From: an uncultured Bacteroidales bacterium
GTDB taxonomy: Bacteria; Bacteroidota; Bacteroidia; Bacteroidales; WCHB1-69
Reading direction: 5' to 3'
Length of the DNA: 64,000 nt
Assembly: GCA_900315245.1 (NCBI GenBank)
Contig: OMYJ01000002.1
Location: forward strand, 57,864-121,863
The notes below the pieces were generated by a model. That model ran no database searches. It was not told the DNA's origin and was given only the letters and a program-made list of their open reading frames with translations. This document shows, one piece after another, positions 18,742 to 28,858 of this stretch. A program made the translations under genes and the position numbers. Numbering within the stretch: the stretch's first letter is position 1; each line of letters starts with the position of its first letter.

Positions 18742-19755
18742 TTGGAAGAACAGGATATACAGAAAATTCAGGCTGCACTGAAAGAGACAAAGACCATTGC
18801 CATTGTCTTCCATTTCAATCCCGACGGGGATGCTTTGGGCAGTGCGCTGGCCTTATACCATTATTTTCAGGACGAAGGTTATGAAGCCTCTGTCATTTCA
18901 CCCAACCCGTTCCCGAACTTCCTGCAATGGATGCCCGGCGCAGAACAGATTATCGTGGCACAGGAGAACCTCGTGGAGGCGCGCAAACGCATCCGCAATG
19001 CAGACATGCTATTCATCGTCGATATGAATGCTCCACACCGCGCCGGCCAAGACCTGCAGAATGCGATTTCAAAATCCACCCATTTCAAGGTGCTGATCGA
19101 CCATCATGTGCAGCCCGACATCAAATGTGATGTCATGTACTCCACACATCTCACAACCTCCGCCTCCGAATTGGTATATGATTTCCTGTACCAATATCTT
19201 ACACCCGAAAAGCCTATCACAAAAGAGATTGCCGAATGCCTTTATGTGGGGATTATCACCGACACCGGCTCCATGTCTTATACCTGCGACTACCCGAAAT
19301 CCTACACCGTGTTGCGCAAGCTTATCGAAGCCGGCATCAACGGTGAGGAAATCCATCGTAAAGTCTATGACAACTACACCGAAAGCCGTATGAAACTGTT
19401 GGGGCTGGCCTTGTCGCAGCGCATGGTGGTGATGCCGGAATTTGGTGCCTCCTATATGTATCTGACCAAGAAAGACCTGACCGACAATGGTTTCCAAATC
19501 GGTGACACGGAAGGGTTTGTCAACTACGGGCTATCCATGGGCATTGTACATTACACTGCTTTTTTCACAGAGCGCGACAACCGAATCCGAGTGTCCTTCC
19601 GCTCCAAGGGAATTGTGGATGTCAACCTTTTCGCCCGCAAATACTTCGAGGGCGGCGGGCATGCCAACGCCGCCGGTGCCTTTTATCATGGCTCCATGGA
19701 AGATGCTATTGCTCACTTTGAAAAAGCAGTACGGGAAAATGCGCAGCAGTCTTAA
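18742..19755 (+). CDS. nrnA: DHH/DHHA1 phosphoesterase (NrnA-like oligoribonuclease/pAp phosphatase)
   Basis: HFNPDGDALGS, LIDHHV (DHH) and GGGHANAAG (DHHA1) motifs. TTG start 20 nt after the TATCTTTG box (18714-18721). Confidence 0.75.
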   Translation: MEEQDIQKIQAALKETKTIAIVFHFNPDGDALGSALALYHYFQDEGYEASVISPNPFPNFLQWMPGAEQIIVAQENLVEARKRIRNADMLFIVDMNAPHRAGQDLQNAISKSTHFKVLIDHHVQPDIKCDVMYSTHLTTSASELVYDFLYQYLTPEKPITKEIAECLYVGIITDTGSMSYTCDYPKSYTVLRKLIEAGINGEEIHRKVYDNYTESRMKLLGLALSQRMVVMPEFGASYMYLTKKDLTDNGFQIGDTEGFVNYGLSMGIVHYTAFFTERDNRIRVSFRSKGIVDVNLFARKYFEGGGHANAAGAFYHGSMEDAIAHFEKAVRENAQQS

Positions 19756-20347
19756 CAAGCGAACTTGCAACATCTGTTTTCTTGCGCTTCTCACACTCTT
19801 TTCCAGCGCTTTCTCCTCCTGCCACCGGCAAAACGCCACGGGAAGCGTGGTCGTGTCGTCGGATACGGAAAAAGAGGAAAAGGCAGACCCCTACGTGGAA
19901 GGCAACAAGAACATCATGCGGCGGGAAAACGAAGAAATCCAGATGTTTCTAAAACGGTATGGATGGGACATGCAGCGCACCGCCACGGGACTCTACATCG
20001 AAGTGTTGAATCCCGGCAACGGAGAACTTTACAAGGAGAACGACCCTGTGACTTTGGAATACCGCACGTTCCTGCTTTCCGGCGAGATGATCTACTGCTC
20101 CGACAGTCTCGGCAAAAAACATTTTGTGGTAAACCGCTCCGAAGAGATCGACGCATTGCACGAGGCAGTGCAACTGTTGCGACCGGGCGCAAAGGCCCGA
20201 CTGGTCATCCCTTCCTATCTGGCATACGGAGTGGCCGGTGACGGTGACCGCATCCAAGGCCTTCAGCCAATCATAATGGAAATCACACTTTCAGAAACAG
20301 CCGATAATTATTTGAAAAACAACCATATACCTGATCCTTATAATTAA
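19739..20347 (+). CDS. FKBP-type peptidyl-prolyl isomerase, lipoprotein
   Basis: Start at MRSSLNKRTCNICFLALLTLFSSAFSSC (lipobox). FKBP core is VTLEYRTFLLSGE...ARLVIPSYLAYG. Overlaps nrnA by 17 nt. Confidence 0.75.
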   Translation: MRSSLNKRTCNICFLALLTLFSSAFSSCHRQNATGSVVVSSDTEKEEKADPYVEGNKNIMRRENEEIQMFLKRYGWDMQRTATGLYIEVLNPGNGELYKENDPVTLEYRTFLLSGEMIYCSDSLGKKHFVVNRSEEIDALHEAVQLLRPGAKARLVIPSYLAYGVAGDGDRIQGLQPIIMEITLSETADNYLKNNHIPDPYN

Positions 20348-20352
20348 TAACG

Positions 20353-21207
20353 ATGAAAATCAGATTCCTGATATTGCCATTCCTCTTCTTCCTGATCTGT
20401 ATTTCGGCCATTTCCTGCCGGAAATACAGTGGCTTCAAACATGACTCTTCCGGATACTACTACCATTATTTCAGCTGCAACGAGAACAACGGTCAACCGC
20501 AAACCGGCGACTTTGTGGTCGTCAACATGGGAATTCGCACAACAGACACTGTCATTTCGCCCATGACCCAGAACAACATGTTGATTGACGAGCTTTACAG
20601 AGGCGACATCTACTGCGCCCTGCGCGACATGCACCTCGGAGACAGTGCCACCTTTATCTTCAACGGCCCCCAATTCTATGAAGAATTTTTGGGCATGGGA
20701 GAGTATCCTTACGGGAAAAAACCCATTTATGTTGACATCAAGTTGCTGAAAATCATGTCTAAAGAGAATCTGGAAGAAGCCGAAGAACGCTACCAGGAAC
20801 AAAAGAAACTTATCCGACACATAGAGGATTCGTTAATTTTGGATTATGTTGCCGAATATCGTTTTGAGGACAAATATTATGGTCTCCATTTCACCTATGA
20901 CAAAAGAGGTTCGGGACCAAAGCCGAAGAAAAACCAGACCGTGCAGGTATTGTACCGCGGACGCAGGCTGGACAACACCGAATTTGACAATTGTACAGAT
21001 GCCGAACACCCCTTAACTTTTGAATTAGGGAAAGATCAGGCGGCAAGAGGTTTGGATGTCATGGTGCAGAACATGTGCGTGGGCGACCAAGTGACAGTCG
21101 TATTGCCCTCATCATACGCTTTCGGTGACAAAGGAAACGAGGTTTTCCAAATTCCTCCTTACACCCCGGTGGTTTATACTATCGAGTTACTTAAAATCGT
21201 AAAATAA
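20353..21207 (+). CDS. FKBP-type peptidyl-prolyl isomerase, lipoprotein
   Basis: Lipobox ...ISAISC. VQVLYRGRRLDNTEFD...LTFELG...GLDV...M.VGD...VVLPSSYAFG. Confidence 0.8.
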   Translation: MKIRFLILPFLFFLICISAISCRKYSGFKHDSSGYYYHYFSCNENNGQPQTGDFVVVNMGIRTTDTVISPMTQNNMLIDELYRGDIYCALRDMHLGDSATFIFNGPQFYEEFLGMGEYPYGKKPIYVDIKLLKIMSKENLEEAEERYQEQKKLIRHIEDSLILDYVAEYRFEDKYYGLHFTYDKRGSGPKPKKNQTVQVLYRGRRLDNTEFDNCTDAEHPLTFELGKDQAARGLDVMVQNMCVGDQVTVVLPSSYAFGDKGNEVFQIPPYTPVVYTIELLKIVK

Positions 21208-21239
21208 CAATCATCATTAATAACAGAAAAAAAGAAAAA

Positions 21240-22100
21240 ATGAAGAAAAACGTAACAAAATTGATCCTTTTCGGGATTGCAGCGACCCTTTTACTCTCAC
21301 TCGGAGCTTGTAGCAAATACAAAGGATTCAAAAAAGCCAAATCAGGTTTATACTATCAGTTTCATGTACAGAATGACACCGCTGACCAGCCTATGACTGG
21401 TGATTTAGTGGGTGTTCTGATGTCATTGCGCGCAGGCGACTCCCTGCTCTTCCCCATGATGCCGAATGAAATGGTTATGGACTCCCTTTACGAGGGTGAC
21501 ATTTTTGAAGCCATCCGTATGATGCATGTTGGAGACAGCGCGACTTTCATTCTTGACGGCAAACAATTCTTCGAAAAGATGATGAACCCTGCTCAAGAAT
21601 ACGAATTTGGCGAAGATCCTCTCTATCTCGATGTGATGCTTTACGGAGTCATGAAAAAGGCAGAGTTCGAGAAAGCCAAAGCGGAGTTTGAAGCCCAGTT
21701 GGATGACAGAAAAGTGAAAGAAGTGGAAGAAATTGACGAATATCTGCAAAAACACCCAGGCATGAAGCAAAACCAAGCAGGTGTGTATGTGAAAAACGTT
21801 AAGAAAGGCAATGGAGCCAAAGTGGAACCGTTGCAGACCGTGAAGGTCCACTATACGGGCCGTTTCGTTGACGGCACTGTGTTCGACAGCTCAGTGGAAC
21901 GCGGTGAACCGTTTTCCTTTACGGTGGGTGCCGGCCAGGTGATCCCCGGTTGGGACGCCACTGTCTCCGAAATGAAAGTCGGCGACAAAGTGACCGTGCT
22001 CATCCCCTCCAGCATGGCCTACGGCGAAGGCAGACAAGGTATTCCCCCGTATTCCCCACTGGAATTCGACATCGAACTGCTGGAAATCGTGAACGAATAA
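21240..22100 (+). CDS. FKBP-type peptidyl-prolyl isomerase, lipoprotein
   Basis: Lipobox ...SLGAC. VKVHYTGRFVDGTVFDSSVERGEPFSFTVGAGQVIPGWD...MKVGDK..VLIPSSMAYG. Confidence 0.85.
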   Translation: MKKNVTKLILFGIAATLLLSLGACSKYKGFKKAKSGLYYQFHVQNDTADQPMTGDLVGVLMSLRAGDSLLFPMMPNEMVMDSLYEGDIFEAIRMMHVGDSATFILDGKQFFEKMMNPAQEYEFGEDPLYLDVMLYGVMKKAEFEKAKAEFEAQLDDRKVKEVEEIDEYLQKHPGMKQNQAGVYVKNVKKGNGAKVEPLQTVKVHYTGRFVDGTVFDSSVERGEPFSFTVGAGQVIPGWDATVSEMKVGDKVTVLIPSSMAYGEGRQGIPPYSPLEFDIELLEIVNE

Positions 22101-22103
22101 TTT

Positions 22104-22170
22104 ATTGGCTATTAGCTTTTGGCTATTGGCCATTTGCTAAAAGCTAAAAGCCAGAAGCCAAAAGCCAAAA
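22104..22170. repeat. AGCYAAWA tract in inverted-repeat (hairpin) configuration (family copy 3)
   Basis: attggctattagcttttggctattggcc / gctaaaagctaaaagccagaagccaaaagccaaaa. The two arms are imperfect reverse complements. Confidence 0.8.
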
Positions 22171-22172
22171 TT

Positions 22173-24305
22173 ATGTCCGGACAAAATTACGCCCTACGAA
22201 TTGCGCAGGCACTCCAACTGACGGAGGAGCAGGTACAGAACACCCTGAATTTGCTGGAAACCGGCGCCACAATCCCTTTCATCTCACGATATCGGAAAGA
22301 GGCAACAGGTTCATTAGACGAGGTGCAGATCGGGAATATCAAGGACTTGTATGCCAAATGGTTGGAGCTGGATAAACGCCGCGCCGCTATTCTGGATTCC
22401 ATTGCCGAACAGGGCAAACTCACCCCCGAACTTCGCAAACAAATCGAAGAAGCCGAGACTATGAGCGTTTTGGAGGACTTATACCTCCCATACCGCCCGA
22501 AACGGAAAACCCGTGCATCCGTGGCGGTGGAGAAAGGGTTGCAACCGCTATCGAAACTGCTGTGGGCACAACGCCAGCTGGATTTGCAACGCGAAGCCGC
22601 CAAGTTCGTCAACCCTGAGAAAGGGGTGGCGAATGTGGAAGAGGCCTTGGCCGGCGCACGCGACATCATCGCCGAGAAAGTCAGCGAAAACCCCAATATC
22701 CGGGCTCGCCTGCGCGACACGTTCCTTCGCCACAGCCGCATCTCCACCCGGCAAATCCCCGACCGGATCGACGAAGAGGGGAAATACCGCATCTATTACC
22801 AATCGGAAGAGTTTCTCGCCAAAGCCCCGTCGCACCGCATCTTAGCCATGTTCCGCGGCGAGGAAGAAGGCATCCTCCGCGTAAGCATAGCCCCCGACGA
22901 GGAACGCACACTCGCGGACATGAAACGCCGTATCGTCAAGAACAACAGCAACTCCGCGCAGCAGGTCTGGATGGCGGCAACCGACTCCTACAAACGGTTA
23001 CTGCAACCTCAGATGGAAACGGAAATGCGCAAATTCTACAAGGAAAAAGCCGACAAGGAGGCTATCGCCGTCTTCTCGAAAAACGCTCGGCAATTGCTGT
23101 TGGCCGCCCCGCTGGGACAAGTCACCACTCTCGCCATCGACCCCGGCTTCCGCACCGGCTGCAAAGTCGTGATTCTCGACCCGCAAGGCAAACTACTCTA
23201 CAACGAGACTATCTACCCGCACCCGCCGGTGGCGCAGTACAAACTCGCCTCCGACAAGCTGAAACGGTTGGTCCTCCAGTACAAAGTGGATGCCATCGCC
23301 ATCGGGAACGGTACCGCCGGCCGCGAAACGGAAAATTTCGTCCGGCACATCCCCTTCGAGCGGGAGGTCAAAGCCTTCATGGTGAACGAGAGCGGCGCGT
23401 CCATCTATTCGGCGTCGCCTGTGGCCCGCGAGGAATTCCCCAACTACGATGTCACGGTGCGCGGCGCAGTTTCCATCGGGCGACGACTGATGGATCCGTT
23501 GGCCGAGTTGGTGAAAATAGACCCGAAATCCATCGGTGTGGGTCAATACCAGCATGACGTGAACCAGAAAATGCTGCAGGAGAGCCTGCAAACCACCGTC
23601 GAGAGCTGCGTTAACTACGTGGGCGTAGAGCTGAACACCGCCAGCAAGCAGCTGCTCTCTTACGTCTCCGGTGTCGGGCCGGCATTGGCGCAGAACATTG
23701 TCGATTACCGCAACGAAAACGGGGCCTTCGCCTCCCGCGAAGCATTGAAGAACGTACCCCGTTTCGGAGCCAAAGCCTTCCAACAGGCAGCGGGATTCTT
23801 GAGAATACGAGGTGCCGAGAACCCGCTGGACGCCAGCGCGGTACACCCCGAAAGCTACAACGTGGTCAGCCAAATGGCCGCCGACCTTGATTGCTCGGTA
23901 GCCGACCTGATGGCCAACAAACAGCTCCGACAACAAATCAAACTGCAGAAATACATCTCCAAAACGGTCGGAATGCCCACCCTGCAAGACATCATGAACG
24001 AACTTGACAAACCCGGCCGCGACCCGCGAACCCAGTTCGAAATGTTCGAGTTCGACAAAAACGTACACACCATCAACGATCTTTACATTGGCATGGTGTT
24101 ACCGGGCATCATCACCAATATCACCAACTTCGGCTGTTTTGTCGATATCGGCGTTCACCAAGACGGACTCATCCACATCAGCCGCCTGAGCGACCACCGC
24201 ATCTCCGACCCGTCCGAAGTGGTCCACCTCAACCAAAAGGTCATGGTGCGCGTGGAGAATGTCGAAATCGACCGCAAACGCATCAGCCTCGCGTTGGAAA
24301 AATAG
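22173..24305 (+). CDS. tex: Tex-like transcription accessory protein (S1 domain)
   Basis: N-terminal TIPFISRYRKE, a YqgF-like central region and a C-terminal S1 domain (GMVLPGIITNITNFGCFVDIG...GLIHIS). Start moved to ATG 22173, beyond the repeat tract. Confidence 0.9.
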   Translation: MSGQNYALRIAQALQLTEEQVQNTLNLLETGATIPFISRYRKEATGSLDEVQIGNIKDLYAKWLELDKRRAAILDSIAEQGKLTPELRKQIEEAETMSVLEDLYLPYRPKRKTRASVAVEKGLQPLSKLLWAQRQLDLQREAAKFVNPEKGVANVEEALAGARDIIAEKVSENPNIRARLRDTFLRHSRISTRQIPDRIDEEGKYRIYYQSEEFLAKAPSHRILAMFRGEEEGILRVSIAPDEERTLADMKRRIVKNNSNSAQQVWMAATDSYKRLLQPQMETEMRKFYKEKADKEAIAVFSKNARQLLLAAPLGQVTTLAIDPGFRTGCKVVILDPQGKLLYNETIYPHPPVAQYKLASDKLKRLVLQYKVDAIAIGNGTAGRETENFVRHIPFEREVKAFMVNESGASIYSASPVAREEFPNYDVTVRGAVSIGRRLMDPLAELVKIDPKSIGVGQYQHDVNQKMLQESLQTTVESCVNYVGVELNTASKQLLSYVSGVGPALAQNIVDYRNENGAFASREALKNVPRFGAKAFQQAAGFLRIRGAENPLDASAVHPESYNVVSQMAADLDCSVADLMANKQLRQQIKLQKYISKTVGMPTLQDIMNELDKPGRDPRTQFEMFEFDKNVHTINDLYIGMVLPGIITNITNFGCFVDIGVHQDGLIHISRLSDHRISDPSEVVHLNQKVMVRVENVEIDRKRISLALEK

Positions 24306-24336
24306 GACAACTGATTTCCAAAAAATTTCTACACCG

Positions 24337-24371
24337 TAAAAAAAAGACCGACATCGCTGCCGGTCTTTTTC
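24337..24371. terminator. bidirectional rho-independent terminator
   Basis: A-run, agaccg-N10-cggtct hairpin, T-run, located between convergent genes. Confidence 0.7.
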
Positions 24372-24389
24372 TTTATGAGACTTATCGAA

Positions 24390-26102
24390 TTATTTCTTGA
24401 TAATCTTGTGCATGGACGTGCCGTTGTCGGTCGTGAGTTTCAAGGTGTAGAGACCGTTGGCAAGGTCTTTCACGGAGACGCGCGTCACTTCACCAGTCTC
24501 GACTTTCACTAATTGGCCTTGCATGTTGAAGATTTCCACACGCTGAACCTGATTGTCCGAAGAGATATTAATCATATCAGTGGCAGGGTTCGGATAGATA
24601 GCCATTTCACTGGTGTATTCTTCAACACCAACTGTTCTTGTGACATCAATCATGTACGTAGCCTTGCTGCCGAACTTGCCGTTGTCACGGAAAATCTGCG
24701 TACCATCCTCAGCCATCAACTTGAACCAACCTGTACCATAACCACTGTTTATACCATCACCTTGACTATCATAAACCTCAAGACGATGACATCCTAAAGT
24801 TGTAGGGGCGAACGTAAAGGTATGTTCAGCAGAGGAGTTGGTAAAGGGACCGCCGGATAGCACCACGTTGCCTTCAGGACCAAAGATTTTGAACGTCGTT
24901 TCTGTGCCATAGTTGTCGGTTTTCACAACAAGCGTCATGGTTCCGGCACCTTCATGTACATTCTTCTTAATTGAAAGTGTTTTGGCAGGAAGATCAACAT
25001 CCACGCCATTGATTTGCGTGATTTTCACACTCAACGTATTGTTGACATTGAGGTTAAGGTTAAAAGTAGGGATGTTAACATCGGTGATGTCAAATGAACT
25101 TACACTGCCGTTCCATGTGGCAGTTTGCGTGTTGCCTCCAATGCCATAGGTGTAATTCAGAGAAGTCACCGCTTCGGAACCTTGGTTCATGAACTTGAAA
25201 TAGGCATTGGCCTGATCGTCACACGTCAAAGACGGTGTCTCATTCAAATTGACGATACGTCCGGAGAGAGCAGGCAGGTTGATGCGTTCAATGGGAACTT
25301 CAATGCTGGTAAGCACTTCCTTATGACCTTCACAAACAAATGCGATAAAACTCAAATCCGAAAGCACAGCTTCAATAGCATTCGGAGAGCCCAATTGAGC
25401 AGGAATCACATATTCGTAATTCTTCTCCACCAAGGTGCCTGGGGCTATGCTATCAATTGTTTCACCCCATTGGCCCGTAATCAGATGGCGCAACATGTGC
25501 ATGTGGGTGTACTGGCTGCCATCCACCTGTGCGGGATTCATAGACATACCTGCTTGAGAACCCAACACATTGTCTTGAAGAATGGCAACATTCAAGGCAT
25601 TGGAGGTAACAGTTTGGGAACCTGTGTAATAGAGTTGGACACGGATGTTTACTGTTCTGGTGCTCATATCAAGCGTACCCTCAGCTGCAATGTTCACAGG
25701 AGAGGACATACCAAGAATTGTGTTCGCACAAGAAGGCCAATAGTCTCTGTAAACATCCAACACGGAAGAATACTGTGAGAAAACATGACGGTTAACGGTT
25801 CCTGCAGGATACCCCGTAAGGCCAATTTGATTAGCCAATGCATTACCCCACTGGGTAGTGTATGTGTTAGCAGAATAATTACCCTGATGGATATTAATAA
25901 TATTGACACGATCCGGATGTGCGGCTTTTACTTCATTAGCCTTCTTGTGTCCGGCAGGACACCAACCGCAGTTAATACCCGTGTACTCCTCAATAAGTAC
26001 ATTACGGTTGGAAGGGGTTGTTGACACAATCGTGTCGGTGATTTGTGCGAAGCCAGTCAATCCAGCCATAATCGCAATAACTAACAGTAAAGTTTTCTTC
26101 AT
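24390..26102 (-). CDS. Omp28-related/thioredoxin-like surface protein with T9SS type A CTD
   Basis: Start at MKKTLLLVIAIMAGLTGFA|QITD (ATG 26102). EEYTGINCGWCPAGH motif. C-terminus is IYPNPATDMINIS...GLYTLKLTTDNGTSMHKIIKK. Confidence 0.75.
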   Translation of the reverse strand: MKKTLLLVIAIMAGLTGFAQITDTIVSTTPSNRNVLIEEYTGINCGWCPAGHKKANEVKAAHPDRVNIINIHQGNYSANTYTTQWGNALANQIGLTGYPAGTVNRHVFSQYSSVLDVYRDYWPSCANTILGMSSPVNIAAEGTLDMSTRTVNIRVQLYYTGSQTVTSNALNVAILQDNVLGSQAGMSMNPAQVDGSQYTHMHMLRHLITGQWGETIDSIAPGTLVEKNYEYVIPAQLGSPNAIEAVLSDLSFIAFVCEGHKEVLTSIEVPIERINLPALSGRIVNLNETPSLTCDDQANAYFKFMNQGSEAVTSLNYTYGIGGNTQTATWNGSVSSFDITDVNIPTFNLNLNVNNTLSVKITQINGVDVDLPAKTLSIKKNVHEGAGTMTLVVKTDNYGTETTFKIFGPEGNVVLSGGPFTNSSAEHTFTFAPTTLGCHRLEVYDSQGDGINSGYGTGWFKLMAEDGTQIFRDNGKFGSKATYMIDVTRTVGVEEYTSEMAIYPNPATDMINISSDNQVQRVEIFNMQGQLVKVETGEVTRVSVKDLANGLYTLKLTTDNGTSMHKIIKK

Positions 26103-26266
26103 ACTTTGAAATAATTTATGTGAACAATAATTTGCTAAAAAAACCTTGCAAAAATACACTTTTGTTTGAAAAAGTCAAGAAAAAAAATTCAGGGTCGATG
26201 ATGAATGTAAAATAACTTAGACTTAATACTTAAACTTAGACTTTTGTTGTGGAGTGAGTAATTTCG

Positions 26267-27547
26267 TTAGTTTATTTGCCTAAGGACGAGCTGGATGGTG
26301 TGGCGGTTGTTTTGGCGAATAATAACTTCTTCTTTATCAAACATTTTCAGAATTTCTTTCTCTGATTCAGAATCATAATGCCTAATTGTGACCAAACGGA
26401 TATCTTCGTTGAATTTCACCACAAACTCTTTGCCTAATGCCTCTATGCAGGGCTGCAACCGTAACGGCACATTGTCCGTACACACCGAAAACGTAAGCGC
26501 GGAATTCTGGATCAGATTGATTTTAACCCGATACTCAGACAGAACATCCAGAATTTTGGACAAATTTTCAACCCCGATAATGGAAAAATCTCGCGGGGAG
26601 ACCGAAAGCAGCAGCTGGTTATCTTTCACGATACAGGATGGAATTTCAACTGTATCAGCATGTTGCGTAATCTGGCTACCTTCATTTTCCGGATGGAAGA
26701 AGGATTTTACGAACAATGGTATCTGTTTGTTATGCAGCGGTCTAAGAGTTTTAGGATGGATGACACTCGCACCATAGTAAGCCAACTCCACCGTCTCGTG
26801 ATAGGTCAGCGTGTCGATTTTGACCGCATTCGGGAAACGTTTCGGGTCAGCATTAAGGATGCCGGGCACATCTTTCCATACGGTAACACTCTCGGCATCA
26901 AGAGTGTGCGCGAGAATTGCGGCAGAGTAGTCGGACCCTTCGCGCCCGAGTGTGGTTGTCTGGTTCTCCGCTGTGCCCGCGATGAACCCCTGCGTCAGCA
27001 CGATGCCGTGCGCTCTATTCTGGAAATAGGGTTTTATGGTGTTGCCAGCCAATTTCTGCGTCACCGTCCAATCGACATGCCCTTCACGGTAGGTGTTATC
27101 CGTACGTATGAGCTGCCGTGCATCAAGCCATTGCGTTTCAACACCTTGGGCATTAAGATATGTGGAAATCAATGTCGTGGAAAGCAGTTCGCCGAAACTG
27201 ACGACACGGTCATAGTCGTAGTCAAAATTGTCGGAAGTGGGCCGTTGCAACTGTTCGTTCAGAAGGGTGAAGAGCCGTTCGGACTGGGGCTGGAAAGGGT
27301 TCTCAGTACCCATAAGTTGCGCTGCAACAGTCTCATGGCTCGTCCGCAACTCAGCTAACAACGCGGGTACATTTTCAGGCGCATGATAATAGGCATCCAA
27401 CAGCTTCTCCAAGAAATTGGTGGTCTTGCCCATAGCGGAGATCACGACCACAAGTTGCTCGTTTTCATAACGATGCAAAATATTCTTCAGATTTTCGATG
27501 GCTGGGGCGTCCTTCACTGAGGCACCGCCGAATTTAAAAACTTTCAT
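26267..27547 (-). CDS. lysC: aspartate kinase
   Basis: MKVFKFGGASV N-terminus, an amino-acid kinase fold and C-terminal ACT-like repeats; 426 aa. Confidence 0.9.
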   Translation of the reverse strand: MKVFKFGGASVKDAPAIENLKNILHRYENEQLVVVISAMGKTTNFLEKLLDAYYHAPENVPALLAELRTSHETVAAQLMGTENPFQPQSERLFTLLNEQLQRPTSDNFDYDYDRVVSFGELLSTTLISTYLNAQGVETQWLDARQLIRTDNTYREGHVDWTVTQKLAGNTIKPYFQNRAHGIVLTQGFIAGTAENQTTTLGREGSDYSAAILAHTLDAESVTVWKDVPGILNADPKRFPNAVKIDTLTYHETVELAYYGASVIHPKTLRPLHNKQIPLFVKSFFHPENEGSQITQHADTVEIPSCIVKDNQLLLSVSPRDFSIIGVENLSKILDVLSEYRVKINLIQNSALTFSVCTDNVPLRLQPCIEALGKEFVVKFNEDIRLVTIRHYDSESEKEILKMFDKEEVIIRQNNRHTIQLVLRQIN

Positions 27548-27553
27548 CGTATT

Positions 27554-28537
27554 TTATTCGTTTTTAAGGACCTGCAATAATGTTGTACCCACCACTCCGA
27601 GCGTGTTCTTGTCAATATGCTGAATATTGTCATTCAACGTATGCCACACGGGGTCGAAACCGGTGCCGGATGCCGCGTCATAGTGGATGATGTCGATCAT
27701 CTTGAACGACGCATATTTGTTGACATAGTAGTGGTCGTCGGTGATGACGCCGCCGGGTTTGTTCTGGAAATACTGGCCGTGGCCGAGTTCGTAAGCCGTG
27801 GACCACACTTTGCGAACCACCTCCTGCGCGTCGCGCAAGGAGAACTGCTCCTGCATGAACTGTGCGTTCGGACTGCCGACCATATCGAGCAAAATGCCGT
27901 AATTAGCCGTATATCCTTGTACATGTGGGTTTTTAGCCCAATGCTGCGCGCCCAAGCCCCACCAATCGCCGGGAACGCTCTCACTCTCTTTCGGACCATA
28001 GTCTTCCGCATCGAAAAAGATGATATCGACACCGACATTGGGCTGCGACTCATGGAGTTGGCGTGCGATTTCAAGCAACACCCCTACCCCGCTGGCACCA
28101 TCATTGGCTCCGTCGATTGCCTTGTTGCGATTGGCCGGGTCGGGATCGTGGTCGGCGAAAGGACGGGCGTCCCAGTGCGCGGCCAGCACAATACGTTTCG
28201 TCCTCTCGGGTCCGAAACTGCCAATGAGGTTGGCACATGGCCACGACTTTCCGTCATAGGTTTTCGCGGTGAAAGACTGATTATAGACCGTATCGCAATA
28301 CGTTTTCAGTTTGTTGAGAAGCCAAATTCGGCAGTTCTCATGCGCCTCCGTGCCTAACACGCGCGGGCCGAAATCAGTTTGCGCCTTCACAAAAGCGTAC
28401 GCGGAATCGTTATCAAATGCCGGAAGGGTGACGGTAGGCTGTGGGGTGTCCTTTGGGGTTTTCTTAGTGCGGTCGCAAGCCGGAAGAAAGACAACCGCCA
28501 CCATAAGCAGCATGAATATTGACTTAATTTTCAACAT
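27554..28537 (-). CDS. lipoprotein glutaminyl-peptide cyclotransferase (M28-fold, animal-type QC)
   Basis: Start at MLKIKSIFMLLMVAVVFLPAC (lipobox). AHWDARPFADHD...IDGANDGASGVGVLLEIARQL...IIFFDAEDYG is an M28/QC metal-site pattern. Confidence 0.7.
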   Translation of the reverse strand: MLKIKSIFMLLMVAVVFLPACDRTKKTPKDTPQPTVTLPAFDNDSAYAFVKAQTDFGPRVLGTEAHENCRIWLLNKLKTYCDTVYNQSFTAKTYDGKSWPCANLIGSFGPERTKRIVLAAHWDARPFADHDPDPANRNKAIDGANDGASGVGVLLEIARQLHESQPNVGVDIIFFDAEDYGPKESESVPGDWWGLGAQHWAKNPHVQGYTANYGILLDMVGSPNAQFMQEQFSLRDAQEVVRKVWSTAYELGHGQYFQNKPGGVITDDHYYVNKYASFKMIDIIHYDAASGTGFDPVWHTLNDNIQHIDKNTLGVVGTTLLQVLKNE

Positions 28538-28636
28538 GTTACAATAGACTATTAATATTTTTCTATGTTTAAAAATTGATTGGCGAAGATACAAAAAAAG
28601 AGGTTTCAAGTTTCTGGTTTGATTGAAACCTGAAAC

Positions 28637-28666
28637 AAAAAAGGCGACTATGCAGTCGCCTTTTTC
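28637..28666 (-). terminator. terminator downstream of tRNA-Met
   Basis: ggcgac-tatgca-gtcgcc hairpin flanked by A6/T5 runs. Confidence 0.7.
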
Positions 28667-28668
28667 TG

Positions 28669-28742
28669 TGGCGGGATCGAGAGTTGAACTCGAGACCTCC
28701 GGGTTATGAATCCGACGCTCTAACCAACTGAGCTACCCCGCC
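28669..28742 (-). tRNA. tRNA-Met (anticodon CAT), elongator type
   Basis: The reverse complement ggcggggtagctcagttggttagagcgtcggattCATaacccggaggtctcgagttcaactctcgatcccgcca folds as a 74-nt cloverleaf with a GTTCAACTC T-loop. Confidence 0.9.
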
Positions 28743-28755
28743 TTTTTTGAGGCTG

Positions 28756-28763
28756 CAAAAATA
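28756..28763 (-). promoter_or_regulatory. -7 box (TATTTTTG) for tRNA-Met
   Basis: Minus strand gtgtatttttgcagc, 14 nt upstream of the tRNA 5' end. Confidence 0.6.
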
Positions 28764-28858
28764 CACTTTTTTTGGATAGTTTTTCAAATGTTGAAAAATT
28801 TTTCTTTCACCGCCTTTTTACCGAAAAAATCGTATCTTTGCAAACAAAATTCACGATT

